Assembly: GCA_025201805.1 (NCBI GenBank) | Contig: MU619255.1 | Coordinates: 113,034-177,033 of the forward strand | Origin: Parasitella parasitica NRRL 2501 | Lineage: Eukaryota; Fungi; Mucoromycota | Direction of reading: 5' to 3' | Length of the DNA stretch: 64,000 nt | Shown here: in pieces, positions 1 through 15,680 of the stretch | Position numbering within the stretch: position 1 is the first letter of the stretch | Layout: the number at the start of each line of letters is the position of its first letter | Made by a program: the position numbers and the translations under genes | The notes under the pieces: model-generated | Databases searched by the model: none | What the model saw: the letters and a program-made list of their open reading frames with translations, nothing else | What the model was told of the DNA's origin: nothing

Positions 1-504
1 TAAATTTCATGTGTAGGACATTTTGGAACTTGCGACTACATACGCGTGCAACTCAAGGCAGGTATTTCTCCATTTGACTTTTGCAGCATCATCTGTTTCG
101 TCATTCCACCCTAATTCCTTGCTGAAACCAACATGATCTACAATGTTGGCAACGATATCTGCTTTTGCGTAGCCCAAATCAGACAGAAATGTCTTTATCA
201 GTTGGCCGCCCGTTTCCTTTCCTTGGTAGTATTTTCGGTCGCCTACATCATGACAGAGTGCAGCAAGCTCAACCAGCTCCAAATCGACAGTGTTGTCTTT
301 GGATAGGTCGGTGGCTATGCAGCGAGCTGTAGTCGCGCAGTAATGTCAGCTATACTTGTACCATGACGGTGGAAATGTGTTCTTTAAAATACCCAGGTTA
401 GCGACTCTATCGACATGATACATGTCATGAGACGGGTCAAGACCAGACATGTAGCCTGACACCATTTTCCTTGTTTCTTGGAGTATGTTGGTGTAGGAAT
501 TCAT
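1..504 (-). CDS. HD-domain metal-dependent phosphohydrolase (YpgQ/YedJ-like); 5' part only, runs off the left edge
   Basis: Exon 1 MNSYTNILQ...DPSHDMYHVDRV; after a GT-AG intron (~392-330), exon 2 has VELAALCHDVGDRKY (HD motif) and HVGFSKE; next donor near 43. Confidence 0.85.
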
Positions 505-689
505 TTGCTTGCGATACCTAGTACAGAAAAGACAAGGAAGAAAGGCCTGTTGTTGATGACCACAAAGGCGGAGCCTCCGTGAAAGACTAGCAATGTTTTT
601 TTTTTTTTGCAACCCATAAATATTTCTCAGCTTTTCACTTGTGCTGTATAGCTTCCTCCCTCTTCTATTTTTATCAGCGGATATATAAT

Positions 690-2548
<1,859 letters not shown>

Positions 2549-2852
2549 AAAATTGACATCCCAAAAGATACCTACTTTTTTTCTTTTTTTTTTTTTTCTT
2601 TCTACATATACACATTGAACAGCTAATACAAACATGCTCTAAATAAATCAATGCATAGGGGGACTCAAAAATTACACCGAGGCACATCAATACGATTGCA
2701 TTACACTTACACATTTTGCTTATAACTTTATCCAAAGTTTTGCTAATTTTGATTTTTTAAATAAGTTTCCGCTATTCCAAGGACTCGCGAGTATTAAAAG
2801 TTGGCTGGTAAAATTGGGAACCAAGAGTCGGTGGGCTCAAAATCTTCCAATA

Positions 2853-2889
2853 TTATAACGAATTTCTACTATAACGAGTTCCGATCGTA
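2853..2889. mobile_element. Degenerate pogo/Tigger-like terminal-repeat relic
   Basis: ataacgagttccgatcgta (2871-2889) matches ataacgggtcccgactgta (10754-10772) at 15/19 positions; internal tataacg sub-repeat. Confidence 0.4.
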
Positions 2890-3319
2890 TAACAATATAG
2901 GACAACAGCAGCATAACAGCATTAGTGCCACATCAATCAGATGGGAAGGCAACAATAAAGATAAAACTTTTATCGTTCGTTATTAGAATTAAAATCCATG
3001 ATATTTATGATATATATTGTAGGTTTTTGTATGTTAAAACATCGATAGACAATGCTCCTAAACTTGCTGTAATAGTATGGATATATGCCGAAAAATATCC
3101 GCACTTTGTCACTTTACAGCAATGTAAATACATAAATTACAAGTAAACTGTGGTTTTGTATTTCTTTTGCAAGGGAGCAGAAACACTGTGTTTAACCAAC
3201 TCTGATATTTTATTACAAATAATTCAAAGTCGAAATGTGAGGTGCATCAAGCTGAAATTCGTAAATGTAAACCAGTAAAAGTACAATGTTTTTATTCGAA
3301 TTACAAAAAAATACAACTT

Positions 3320-4818
3320 TTAAAATATCCATGATCGCCTAGCCAATACCAGTATATCATGGTTCACTTGTCGCTGTGTTGACGATAGTGGAATACGAGG
3401 CACAGGGTGAACCTCATTGTCATTGGCATCACTATTATGATTTGGCTGCTGCTGTCCCCATTTATTAGACCATCTTTGCATCTTAGAGTAAAATTTCTCT
3501 GCATTCACTTGGCTTCTTCTTCTTGATGCGTTCGTATGATCATCATTGTTGCTGATTGATTTTCTCTTCATTGCCAGATGTTCATTATCTTGTTCATCAT
3601 CCGGGCTATTTTTAGGGAAATATAGGGCAATAAACTTTGATAGTTCTTCGTCCACAACACAATCAGCAAGGTTGAATGTAGCACGACATAGAGGACAAGC
3701 GCCCTCTTTATGTACTGGAGTCAGTTGACCTAAATGGTCAAAAGTCTGGCATGTACAATACACTGCTGGGGAAGGCTTAATCCAATGAACCAACCCCTCT
3801 GAAATACGGTTCACAGTTTTTCGCCGAATTTTGTAGCAACTTGTACACACCATGTGTTGAATACAGTTACGGCAAAAGGTATGATTGCAGTTTAACGTAG
3901 TAGGCTCCTGCCAAATGCAAAGGCAGACTGCGCATGTGAAATCTTGACGAACAGGTATGCTTGTTTTCAGCAGCGAATGAAAATTTTCTTTGATCGTGTT
4001 GTATGGTTTGAGTTGATAGTTATATTTTTGCCGCCAACGAGATTTCATTACTTGTAAAAGCGGTACTTCTGTCGTTGGTTCGAGCTGCATGGCAGTGCTG
4101 CCCAGATCCCAAAGCATGTCGAATTGTGATGTAATGTAGTAATGGTACATGTGCAAATGCTGTTTGAATCTATATACTTGTGTGATGCATTGACGAAGTT
4201 TTTGTGATGGCTGTGCCTGTTTTGAATTTTAAAAAAATCAATAAGAAGCAATCTAAGTGCATGCAAATAAATACATACTCCAAATTCATGTTGAACTCGA
4301 GACTCTATCTTTTGAATATAGTCATTTGAACCACTAGACATCGGAGAATCCCATTCGTCAAGACATATGCTTATGAATTGATGGACCTTTTTCAACGATT
4401 TTCTGTTCCGATTCTTCACAGGAGATGACTACAGATACTCAGTATTGAATGATACACTTGAATAAACCATTTGATTTAAAGCCAAACTTACAATATAGCG
4501 TACGGTATTTGAAACTTCTTCTAATTGTGTATTCAGCACGATCAAAGCTGATTGACTCGTATGGCACACTTTATCCAATTCCGAGTGCCATGTTTGTATA
4601 AATGGATCCATGCACTTCCAGAACGACTTTTGGGTTTTCATTTGCTGTTGCTGTTGCAAATGGTTGTACGCATTCTGCAGTCTGTCTACCCGGACAAGAT
4701 GCTTGCCATACAAGTAGGACTCTTTTAAATGTTCTGATTGCGTATAGTCATCAAACACAATCAATGGCAGCTTTCTCTTTTTACTACCATGGAAGAAGCG
4801 GGTCCAAAAACGGGTCAT
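3320..4818 (-). CDS. RING-finger protein resembling a divergent SPX-RING E3 ligase; 3 exons
   Basis: C3HC4: CAVC-x11-CNH-x2-CRNC...CPLCR followed by DEELSKFIALYFPK, like the tail of fungal SPX-RING proteins; helical N-terminus with HSELDKV; introns ~4504-4430 and ~4278-4217 join the three ORFs in frame. Confidence 0.7.
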
Positions 4819-4935
4819 TGTAACTTGGAATAAGAGAGAGTGAGAGGAAAGACCAAATTTTGGTTTTCTGATTTTTATTCTATTCGGCATGAATCATGGG
4901 TAAAAGCAAGTGATATTTGTTCATGTATAAACTGC

Positions 4936-7122
4936 CTATAATGATTTAAACATAAAAAATGATGCGCTTGTTCTTGCTTTTGCAGCAAGCTCATCTAATC
5001 TTGTGTGATCTGCTTTAGTCCATTGCTCATTCTTTGGTATGTCTACTGGTTCCGACTTCTTGCTGCCATATTTCTCATGGTAGCTTTGACGTTTGTCGTA
5101 CAAAGCTTTGTATTCAGGGACGTCGCAGACACCTCCAGAAATAACTAAAAACGAGTTGGGAGGAAGGCCTTGGTAGACACGACGAATGTAACTATCCAGA
5201 CATTGAAGTCGCATAGCTCGATCCGATGTAGCATTGGCAGCTGTGGGTAAAATACTAGGTGCCTCACCACCCTCTAACTCACGACGCATTAAACTCTCAT
5301 CTGCTGCCTGGAAACGAGTGAATAAAAAGTTGGTTGTAGGTAATTTCTCTAGTGTCAAATCAACGAGCTCTTCGTCAGTATCTACGCGATGATATTCGCC
5401 ACTTTCAGTTGAGCCAAATGAACGATAATCGCTTTTGCTGCTTTCTAAAATCGCACTGGAACGGCTGGGACGATTTGCAAGCAAACGGTCCATAATCAAC
5501 TCGGTTTTTTTAAATTTTCCAAAGCTGGGCTTATTAGCCAATTTGCACTTGAATAGATCTAAAGTGGCACGCGCATCCTCATTGGAATCGTGGCCAACAT
5601 GCTCATGACTACGTTCTTGAATATTGCGTTTAAGATAGCTGCGAGCCAAGAAACGAAGAGAAGGCTTATAAGGAGGCCCGCGGTGGTGGTCGTATAATAA
5701 AGATGTATCAACACAATAAGGGTGAGCCAACTGCAATGCTTTCAGGTCATTTTCCAAACCATGACCGACTAGAATCACATTATGATTCACTAATTTACGC
5801 ACATACTTTTGGGCACGACGTAGAGAGCATGTGGCCGTCTTCATTCTGGCGGGAGTAATACCAGAGAAACGGGTCAAGTAATCAACAATGGGCTGATCAG
5901 GTTTCACCAGCTCATCCAACAATGCGCTGCCGTCTGTATTGCATCAGTCATCCCCATCACTACCTCGGGCATTTCTCTCTCACATACCTTCATCAATCAA
6001 AGTGATACGGGCCAACGAGCTACCATTTGCAGTCAAGACCATTTCACAGTCAACAGCAATCAATCGCTTGTGTTCACCCTCCTTCAACGGCTCGACAGCA
6101 GGGTGCGTCTGCTTCCACCCATCAGGCAAAACCGCGCTCGGATCCAAGAAGGGTGGGATGGGGTAATCGTTCTTTTTCATTTCCTCCAATGTCAGTACAT
6201 AGAACTCACGCATATTACCCTTGTACTTTGCCATTTTGATTTGCTTTTCCTTTGCTAAACGCTCCTTTTTCGAGTTTGACATGTTGCACTGCAGAATATC
6301 TGCCACGGGTGAATTGAAGCGACCTTGCTTTCCGGATATCTGATTGGTGATCATGTATTTTGCTTGTTTGGTTAAAAACGGCATGGTAGCCTTACCCACA
6401 GATTCTTTGAGCTCTTCCAGATCAATATACGGGGTGGTGGTGTCATTGACTCCAAAGTAGTTACAACTTAGGCCTTGGGCATACATCATGACTACATGAT
6501 CGACTTTGGTCTTGTGGATAATGTTGCACCAGGGTAAATTGCTTGTCTCGGATAGGGCATACAGCACAAATTCGCCCAATTGCTTGGTGGGCAATACACT
6601 CTTGAGATTGCTGGTTATGATGTTGAACGTAGGTTTGACAATCACTTGACCGTCGACCTTGACTTTAGCTTGACGTTTGAGCTGTTTCTTTTTGCGAATG
6701 GCTGCGACTTTGGCGAGAATCTCCTCCTGTGTAAGCTTCTTGGGAGCTTGCTTTCCCTTGGCTTTCTTGTGTGATTTTTTAGGTGTTCCAAGCGTATTGG
6801 ATTTGACATTTGGAGGCGTTACGATGGGTGTTGCAACAACTGTAGTGGAGATAGACTTATACTGAGGTTGGGCTGCGGGCGCTGGCGCAGTTGACTTGAC
6901 TGTAACAGGCTTTGATTCAGGGATTGTTGCCTCAGAATCCCTTTTCTTCTTGTCTGATTTGTGCTTTTTCTTTGACGTTTTTTCGCCGTTTTCATGAGCA
7001 GGATGAGAGCGTTTCTTGCTCTCAGTCGCCAGAGTGGAGTCAACATCATCGAAACTGACATGCAATTTCTTTGAAGCATCGTGAAGGACCACGTTTTTGT
7101 CGATTTTTGGAGTGAATTTCAT
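4936..7122 (-). CDS. rex1: DEDDh 3'-5' RNA exonuclease, Rex1/Rnh70 family; Lys-rich N-terminus; one intron ~5987-5935
   Basis: IAVDCEM, LDELVKP, DYLTRFSGIT, LVGHGLENDL, GHDSNEDA motifs. Confidence 0.9.
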
Positions 7123-7513
7123 GATCGACTACTGTTATGAAGTAAAAGAAGCAGTGGGATTAATGAAACTTTTTTTTTTTCTCTGTTTTTTGACAATCAA
7201 GGGACTGGTTTGCATTTACAGCAGTCCGTGGACCGACGGTACCTGAACACTTGCACTCTCAATGCTATACCGTTCTGTTGCCGAGAACTCTAGATGGGCT
7301 AATTACCCACCCAAGATTTGATTTCGATGCTCGGGTTCTTCACAATTAAGGCAATCACTGTGACTCTCTCAAACACATTAGTATAGTATTGTGGAACCGT
7401 ATGATGCTCTGACGCCCGCCTACATCCATGGTGCGCACTGCAAAAGAACACGCTATTTAAAGACGTCTGTGATGCGCCAACTCGCTCTTTTCTCTCTCTC
7501 TTCAGATAGCAAA

Positions 7514-8233
7514 ATGTCGTACGGTGAATCTAACTCTTATACAGGCGGCGAATCCAACTCTTACCAAGGTACATAGATATTCAAAAGTGTGTTGGATGGA
7601 ATCAAAATTAACATGCTTTTAGGTGGTTCTGCCTCGGACGTTGCCGCGTATGCCAAAAGACATTATCAAGATGACGATCAAGATGACCGTAAGTTTTATC
7701 CACATCGAAGAGAGGCCAGATTTTTTTAATACAATAATTTGTTAAAAGACGAAGATCTCTTCAAAAATGTCGCATCCAGCGTCATGAATAGCGGCAACCA
7801 TGAAGAAGGCTTAAAGGAAAATGAAGCCCAAGAGGCAGCCCGAGCTCATGAGCAAGTCTATAGTCAAGAGAATAATGTTTCATCTCGCGATATGGGGTCT
7901 GCTGCTGCCATGCAAGCATTCAAGATGTTTTCTGGTGGACAAAGCAATGGTGGCGGATCATCAAATGAACTCGTTGGATTAGCCATGGGAGAAGCCATGA
8001 AACTCTTTAACAAACAAGGAGGTAATGCCAGTGGTGCTGACAAGAATGAAATGCTTCAAAGTGCTGCTATGATGGCAATGAAATTATTTATGGAGCAAAA
8101 AGGTGGTAGTAGCGGTGGTGGCGCAAGTTCTGGTATTACTCAAATAATGGGTATGTTGGGTGGTATGAGCAATGAACAAAAGCCATCTCATGCCAGCAGT
8201 GGAGTTGCTGGCTTATTGAGCAAATTCTTGTAG
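7514..8233 (+). CDS. Small Gly/Met/Ala-rich protein similar to fungal 'beta-flanking' proteins; 3 exons
   Basis: HEQVY...DMGSAAAMQAFKMF...LVGLAMGEAMKLF...SAAMMAMKLF...GLLSKFL pattern; introns ~7569-7622 and ~7689-7748. Confidence 0.75.
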
Positions 8234-10699
8234 TATCTCTTTTTTATTTGTTTATTTGTGTGACAAAGTGAATAATCCACAAGCGATCAATAAAAAATAT
8301 GTTATTGTCGCCGTGATATATATACATATAAAAAATAAGCTCTGGTCTTTGAGGGGTAAGCGTTCAAGATTGTAAAAATTCTAATATTCAGCACAAGATA
8401 CAGGGTTTGACCTGCTGAATACATTATTATCAATAAGAGAACCAATATGTAGTTTACAAAAAGCAGGGATCTGAAACTGTTTGATTTTTGCATGAAAAAC
8501 AATAGCATATGCCACAGCAGACGTACTGCATGCACCCAAGTTTATCTATACTTATTGCAGATGCATTACCGCATATGCTTCTCGTGTTCACCTCGAATAA
8601 AATCAAGAGAAAAGAAAAAAAAAACCCCCAGTTTCTGACAAAAAAAAGTTCACGTCAATGATGAAGGTCATGGTGATTGTGATAATACATATAAGGGTTT
8701 CTGGTAACAAGCCTTTTTATCTCTGATAAAAGCTAGAAAGTTTCCTTAAAAAGATTTTAAGTAAGGCTTTTTATATTTAGAGAAAAAGAATAATTGCTTT
8801 GTTTCATTTACAGGGAAAATGCAAAGAGAATGTGCCATATCTTCAAGTTCAAGATAGTCTTTCAAAAAGGTTATGGTTGTCGATTGACAAACAAACATCT
8901 GTGATTCTGGGTGTAAGTGTGTCTGTTGACTCTGGATCAAAAACCTTTAACTGAATTCAGAAACGGAGAGCAAGGTTGAAAATAAACACATTCAAGTCAT
9001 TATGATTTCATAAATTCCTATACAGATAATTTTATGAATGAGTGTGTCATCCTGGTGGCAGATTGTTTCATTTTCTCTGGCATTTTCTTATACCCTCAGT
9101 TGATTTGGCGTCTCCTAGTGTAGAAGGTCTTGTCAAACATATACCAAACTGGGTTCTCTATATCCAACTGCACAGTAGAACAGCTAGTCAAACCCGTGCC
9201 ATCTTTTCCATAATATTGGAATGGTTCAAAAGTAGATTTCAAGTGCCTAATTTTTTTTTTTTTAGTCTGCGCAAACTTCAGTGTGTTATTGTCAAAAACT
9301 GTAAGAAAACAATGTTTAGCAATCGCAAACAAAAAAACAAGTAATATAAAGTAATGTATTAGACTATAAGGCACCTTTTGATTACATTATTGCATAGCTT
9401 GGAGCAAGTTTTTGTATTTTTTAAGCTGACATCAGATGAAGGTAACGACTTTTTTGAATTTTTTACGGAAAAGTATTTTTCAAAATAGGAGCGTGAGATC
9501 GTCAGGTCAGGTAGAGACATGCAAGTACTACCATTAGAAAGCCAAGAAACACATAATTTAAACAAAATAGTTTTCAATTGTTTCTCTTTGGAATTGGTTA
9601 AGCTATGGCTTCTCAAAGCTAATGCTTTCTTAAAAAAAAGCACCATTTTTATTTGATGGTGGAGATTAAACCAGTGCAAAATCAGGAAGGAAAAAATTCT
9701 TTCAGAAACTCAATTTGGACATTTTGAAAACAAAATTACTCCTTTAAGGCAAGATATCATCTACTGATACTATGCATACGACGGCAGTCAGTCTATGATA
9801 ATAGATGTATTTTTGGGCGCTCTACACGATAGTCTTATTTTCATAATCTCCATATGCTTACGAAAGGAATTCTGCTGAGAAAACCACAAAACAGTTTAAG
9901 AGAGAAAATTCAATATTTTGCTTAATCAGAGCGCATTTTCAGTCTTTCAGATTAAGGAATGGTCTTTTACGATCATTTCCCTCTAATATCTGCTATAGTA
10001 AAAAGTTGCATTTTTGGTGTCAAAATTGAGGATAATGCATGATCGATGATTTTGGATGCGTGGGTACAAGGAAAAAATCGAAAAAATCCGTCATTTTGCA
10101 TCGAAAAAAAATCATGCCCAAATTGCACCAAAATCATATATAATATAGTTTTTTACCAATGGATATTATTTCTGGTGTTTTCAGGGCACTTTTGATTATG
10201 AAAATCAGTCGAAAAATGGCACATGAAGCTAAGTTCTTGCTTTTAAACTGTAAAAAACATCTATCTGGAGATGGTATCACGTCAATATCAATTCTAGTAC
10301 TTGACACGGCTCTATAAAGTAATTATTTTGATACCACAAGTATATCTTTCTTTATAGTAATATGATCAAACAGGCGTGGCTCATTGGGTTGGAAGCGTAG
10401 GAGGATAATTAATGAATACAATGTTTTGCTGTAATAACCCCTTGTTATTTCTGAATAATTCGTAATTTGCTAATTGTTAGTGACAGAGAAGCCCTATTAC
10501 CATTTTTGCTTATAATAATGCTTAATGCCAGTTCAAGAGTTCCTTTTTTTTTTAATTTTAATACTAAACATGTAAAATAGAAAGTAAATTAGAGGTTTGA
10601 ATTGAGGTTGAGGGTAATTTTGCTAACAAAAGTTAAGCTTCATAATAAGCTTTTGGGAGATTCCAGGTTCCAGTCACTGTACTGTAGAGTATCAAATTC

Positions 10700-10772
10700 T
10701 GAACACGATAACTCGCTATACCAAACACATTTTTTTACACCAACCCGTTCGATATAACGGGTCCCGACTGTA
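10700..10772. mobile_element. pogo/Tigger-type DNA transposon or MITE terminal fragment
   Basis: ctcgctatac...ccgttcgatataacgggtcccgactg followed by TA; reverse complement reads TA|CAGTCGGGACCCGTTATATCGAAC. Confidence 0.5.
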
Positions 10773-10862
10773 TGTTCTTTCTTTGATATAGGATATGCTG
10801 ACTTAACTCAACTGGTATAATAATGTGAAGTTATAAAAATAAAGATTGTATTTGCTTGGATA

Positions 10863-11552
10863 TACAGTACTATGGTTTTTGAAAAGACATATAATTAAAG
10901 GAAAAAACAAAATGAAATGGTTGGTTTAAACTTAGATTCAGGGATAAACTGCTATTGTGAAATGCATAATTTGATGAATACGTACAGCTTGATGCCTTAT
11001 TAATATTTGAAATTTGATACCTTGATGCGACCAGTCTTTTTACAGCTCTCAAAAATACTGTCAGGACACGCATTATACTGACTAACCCACCTATAAGCTG
11101 TTCGAGGGTGAATACCCAACTGCTTTGCTGCAGCTGAAGCATTCATACACTTTTCAATCCTCAGATCGAAAAACCTAGCTTTATCCTGGACTGTATAACA
11201 CACATAATCCCATTTTGGTTTTGCCTCCTTCATATGAACATCTTCATTTTTTGGACACTGGGCAAGTCAGAGATGATTCATTGGGGACTGCAATTTTCAA
11301 GTAGTCTGTACGAGTAGCAATAGTCTCAACAATGAACTCATTCTGATCAACAATATAGTCCATGGGCTCAGGACCACCATTCTCGTCAATAACATTCCCA
11401 TGTCTATTTCCATCTTCATAGGAATATAGTACTCATTATGAATTGTAAAGCCCACTCTCTCTTTATATTTTTCGGGTGCGAGATTTCATTTTTAATTGAC
11501 CAGTGACATTGATTTTGATTGGTTGTGACATTTACTTGTTGGAAGCACTGTA
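10863..11552 (-). mobile_element. Degenerate, internally deleted Tc1/IS630-family DNA transposon
   Basis: TA|CAGTGCTTCCAACAAG end at 11552-11535; frameshifted transposase N-terminus from 11436 (YEDG...DENG.PEPMD...Y) and HTH RFFDLRIEKCMNASAAAKQLGIHPRTAYRWV...KKTGR; no DDE domain; a non-matching TA|CAGTAC end near 10863. Confidence 0.8.
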
Positions 11553-12400
11553 CACTATGTAGGTTAATCTCATTATGCGTTAATGAAAAACGTAGGGAAT
11601 CACCAGATCATGAACTTGTCGTGTCTACTGCTTGGCCGGTTCCTTGTTTCAGATCTATGTGGTAAAGCACCATGTATACAAGACCATGCAATACTGTGTA
11701 GGTGTAAACATTATGCTCATCACCATCACAGACTCTTTTAGGAAACTGCACTAGATGCAAAAAGAATATACATTTTATGCGATTAAGGATATTGGTGCGA
11801 CATTTCTGCTCGAAAAAAGTAAGAAGCTGTAGACGGTTTAGCGCCAGATACATATAATAAGGAAGCCCCATATTTTGTGCCCTTCAAATGAACAAATGCT
11901 GCTTTCAAGCACATGTTTAATGGTATAGTGACGTTAAATGTTACAATATATCCTTTTTTTTACTATAATGCCAGGCTGTTGTTGTTGTCAATAGACGTTG
12001 GCAGCAAAAAGGAAATTCGAAATGTGCGCTGGTTGGTTACTGTAGCACAGTATTTTCCTTCTGTGCTCCTTTTTCTTATATTGGCGATCAAAAATAGGTT
12101 CTTTTTTCCTCCCCTTTTTCTGCATCTCCTTAATCATTTGGGCTAAAAACGTTAAGCTATTGTTTTAGTCTTTTTTTTTTTCTCTCTCTCTCTCTCTTTC
12201 TTTCGTTCATATCAACTTTTGTCTTGTTTTTTGTTAGCTTTCAAATCAACTTTTCCACTTTCCTTTATGTTGTAACATCAAACCAAGACCCCAAACAGAC
12301 AACACTATAAATTCCATTCCTTTTTTCGAATTAAAAACAATATTAATACCACCACCACTACCACCACTACCACCACCACTACTACTAATAAAAACATATT

Positions 12401-15400
12401 ATGTTGAGTTCACCAAGAAACTCGGTAACACACAACCAGCAGGCCAAAGTAATCCCTCCTAAACACGATCCAAACCGAAATTCTAATCAGCTCTTAATTT
12501 TTTTTTTTTTTTTTTATATAGTTGGCAGTCGACTATAATGAATTACTAAAGGAGTTGTCATCTCACGAAATGACGTCTGTTGGTTGCTATGCGATAGGAG
12601 AAACCATTGGAGAAGGGACATTTGGCAAAGTCAAAAAAGGCACCCATAAATTAACAGGTCGATTAGTCGCAATAAAGAAAATCAGCAAACAGCATGCGCC
12701 AATGATGGCCAGAGAGATCCACCACCATCGACAATTAAAGCATCCCAACGTCGTCATGTTGTATGAGATGATCACAACTGAATCTTGCATACACATCATT
12801 TCAGAGTTCTGTCCCAATGGCGACCTGCTGGATGCATTGACCGACTCTGGCCGATGTTCAGACGCCCGAGTTCTCAAGTGGTTTCGTCAATTGACAGATG
12901 CAATCAAGTACTGCCATACGCGTGGCATTGTTCACAGGTAGACACACACCCACTTAGGGAGGCGTACCTCTTTATTAATGTTTATGCTTTTTCTCCTCAG
13001 GGATCTTAAATTGGAAAATATTTTATTAGACGCTGACGACAATGTCAAGATCTGTGATTTTGGTTTTGCTCGATTCACGCAGAAGAATCAGTACTTGGAG
13101 ACTTTCTGTGGCAGCCTCAGCTATTCAGCACCTGGTGAGTTTTTAACAGCCTGTCATTCTATCCTTACTAACATTTAGCAGAGGTCATTTTACGAAAAAA
13201 GTACACTGGGCCAGGTAATATTCAGTGGTGTAACATACGAAAACAGAGACTAAAGTTACAAAAATTAAATTTAGAGACTGATATCTGGTCTCTTGGCGTC
13301 ATTCTCTACACTCTGCTAGCCGGTGAGTATCCATTTGACGACGACTCTGAAATCATGACACAGCGAAAGATTGTCCAAGTAGACTACGAAATGCCATATT
13401 ATTTCTCGCACAATTTGCAGGACCTCATCCGCAATATGCTCCAAGCAGAGCCCTCAAACCGTTTATCCATCGACGCCATCATCGACCACCCTTGGATGTT
13501 TGAGGAGGAGGAGGAGGAGGAAGATGACGATACCTGCTTGACTCCATCGTCATCAACAGCTACAAATCAGTCCAACAGCTCATCGTCTGACATTGACTCA
13601 ATTTTTTCCCAAAACGATATCAGCTCTGTTGCTGCCATGGAAGACTTGGATTACAATTACAAGTTTTCGCCCCAAGTACGTTCCAGCTTGGGTATATTGA
13701 GACCATCGGCCCAGCAGCAGCAGCAACAAAGCAAATCGTCCCGATTCTCTGCGCCCAGCTTAAACAGACGTACAACATCACCGACCTCTCCTTTGTTGCA
13801 GGCGAGCTGTAGGACCTCGTTGCCATCCTCGTTCAACTATCAGCGCGAATCCATGGCGTCCAGTGAAACACTCAGCATGACACCTACAGAACAAAGGCTG
13901 TTTGCAGCTTTGACTGCAGCTGGGTTCGATAGAGACGCTCTAATCAAGATGCAGACAGGAGGATGCGATACATCAAGCACACTGTGGCATTTGCTGCTGG
14001 AAAATATGTCCAACTCTCCCTTACCGCTGAAATCCAATGTATCAGATGCCTTTGCTTCGGCTATGCAGACTAGAAGTTTGATGATGGTGGATTCTACATC
14101 ATCGCTTGATCTTCCTACTTCTGTCGCTAGCACTGATAATAATAAACCAACTACTTTGGTAGACCGCGGCATACAAACAGGAATGGACGATGCAGATGAA
14201 GAAGAAGAGGCAGAAGATAAAGATCAGCACCAAGCGTCTGTTAAAGAAGAACAGCCCAAAGAAGACGAATCCCCACAATATGTAAAACCCTACCCCTCCC
14301 CAGTTGTGAATCAACATCAACCTGTCATTCAAACTGTTGGATTTGGATCTACAGCTGCTCTTTCACCAAACGAAAAGTCTGGCTGGTTTTCGTCCGTTAA
14401 ATCATGGTTTGGATCAAAACAGCAAATGCAGGCGCATCAGCAACAGCAACAACAACAACAACTACAGCTACAGCTACAGCTACAACAGCAGCAGCAACAG
14501 CAACAGCAGCAGCAGCAGCAGCGACGCAATAGACCATTATCGACTTGTTCTACAATGTCATCACCGATTGCATCGCCTTCAAGCTACCGTAACTTTGATA
14601 CATCCGCAGTAGCGATAAACTGCCCTACCAGCAACAATGACCTTGTTTGCGAAGTTATGTCTCCACCCATCTATAGAAATGGATCGCAAAAGTATCGAAG
14701 ACGCGTGCTGCAGCTGTCAGAACCACCTGTTTGTGAGCTGGATCAATTGACGTACAACGCTACTAGCACTCACACTAAACCCAAACAATCATCTGCATCA
14801 CCTGTTAATCCAACTGCCCTGTCATCATCTTCTCCACCACCGCTGCCACGACCGTCGCCATCATCAACATCTCGTATTACTAGCAACAACAGATTCTATT
14901 CTAATTATCAAACCAACACATCTTCCTCGGTGAACCATGTTTATATGCCTCCAACTGCACTCACTTCTTCCTCTCGTTACGTAGCAGACACATTCTCCAT
15001 CTTGACATCTGCATCTTCACAACCAACAGAAATCGACATGTGTGGAAAACGATATTCCATGATGTATCATAGTAGGCAACAACCCACTCCCCCTCCTTCT
15101 CCTCCGAGTTTGCTCGAATCAATGAATACATCTACGTCCACTGCTACAGTAGAACAAACTATTCCAAACACTGCTGTCAAGGAGATGTTGGCTTCTCCCA
15201 TGAATAGCCCATTAGAAGACCATCCCATACTCTCCTTATCAAACGCTCCTACTTCTACAAATGTCCAACAAGAAATAGAAAGCAAACATCTGTCTGATTT
15301 TTCATCAGATAGCTGCAGCTGCAGCAGCAGCAGTGACTCAGAAGAAGATCAAGATGAAGAGGAAGATATGATAGTAGCAGAGCAATGCATACCGTCACCT

Positions 15401-15680
15401 GTAAGTTTTCGAATGAAATCAAATGTATAAACCATGTAGACTAACGCTTGTGCCTGTATGTTTCGTCTAGCAGCCGATCAGCATTTTTACCACTCCTTCA
15501 AAATCTCTTTCGACACCACCTTCCTCAAACCCCGTATTCAATACTATGAATGACAGACCTAGGTCAAATCGATTTGAATTTGTGCCTAGATCGAGATTAA
15601 GTGTGTACGGTATGCAGGATCAAAGGGGCCCTACCATGGGTTCAAAAATGATCATCGAAGAAGAAGAGGAAGAAGAATAG
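12401..15680 (+). CDS. CAMKL/AMPK-related Ser/Thr kinase (Ppk16-like) with long disordered Ser/Pro/Gln-rich tail; multi-exon
   Basis: AK|[56 protein letters not shown]; last exon ends [12 protein letters not shown] at 15680. Confidence 0.9.
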
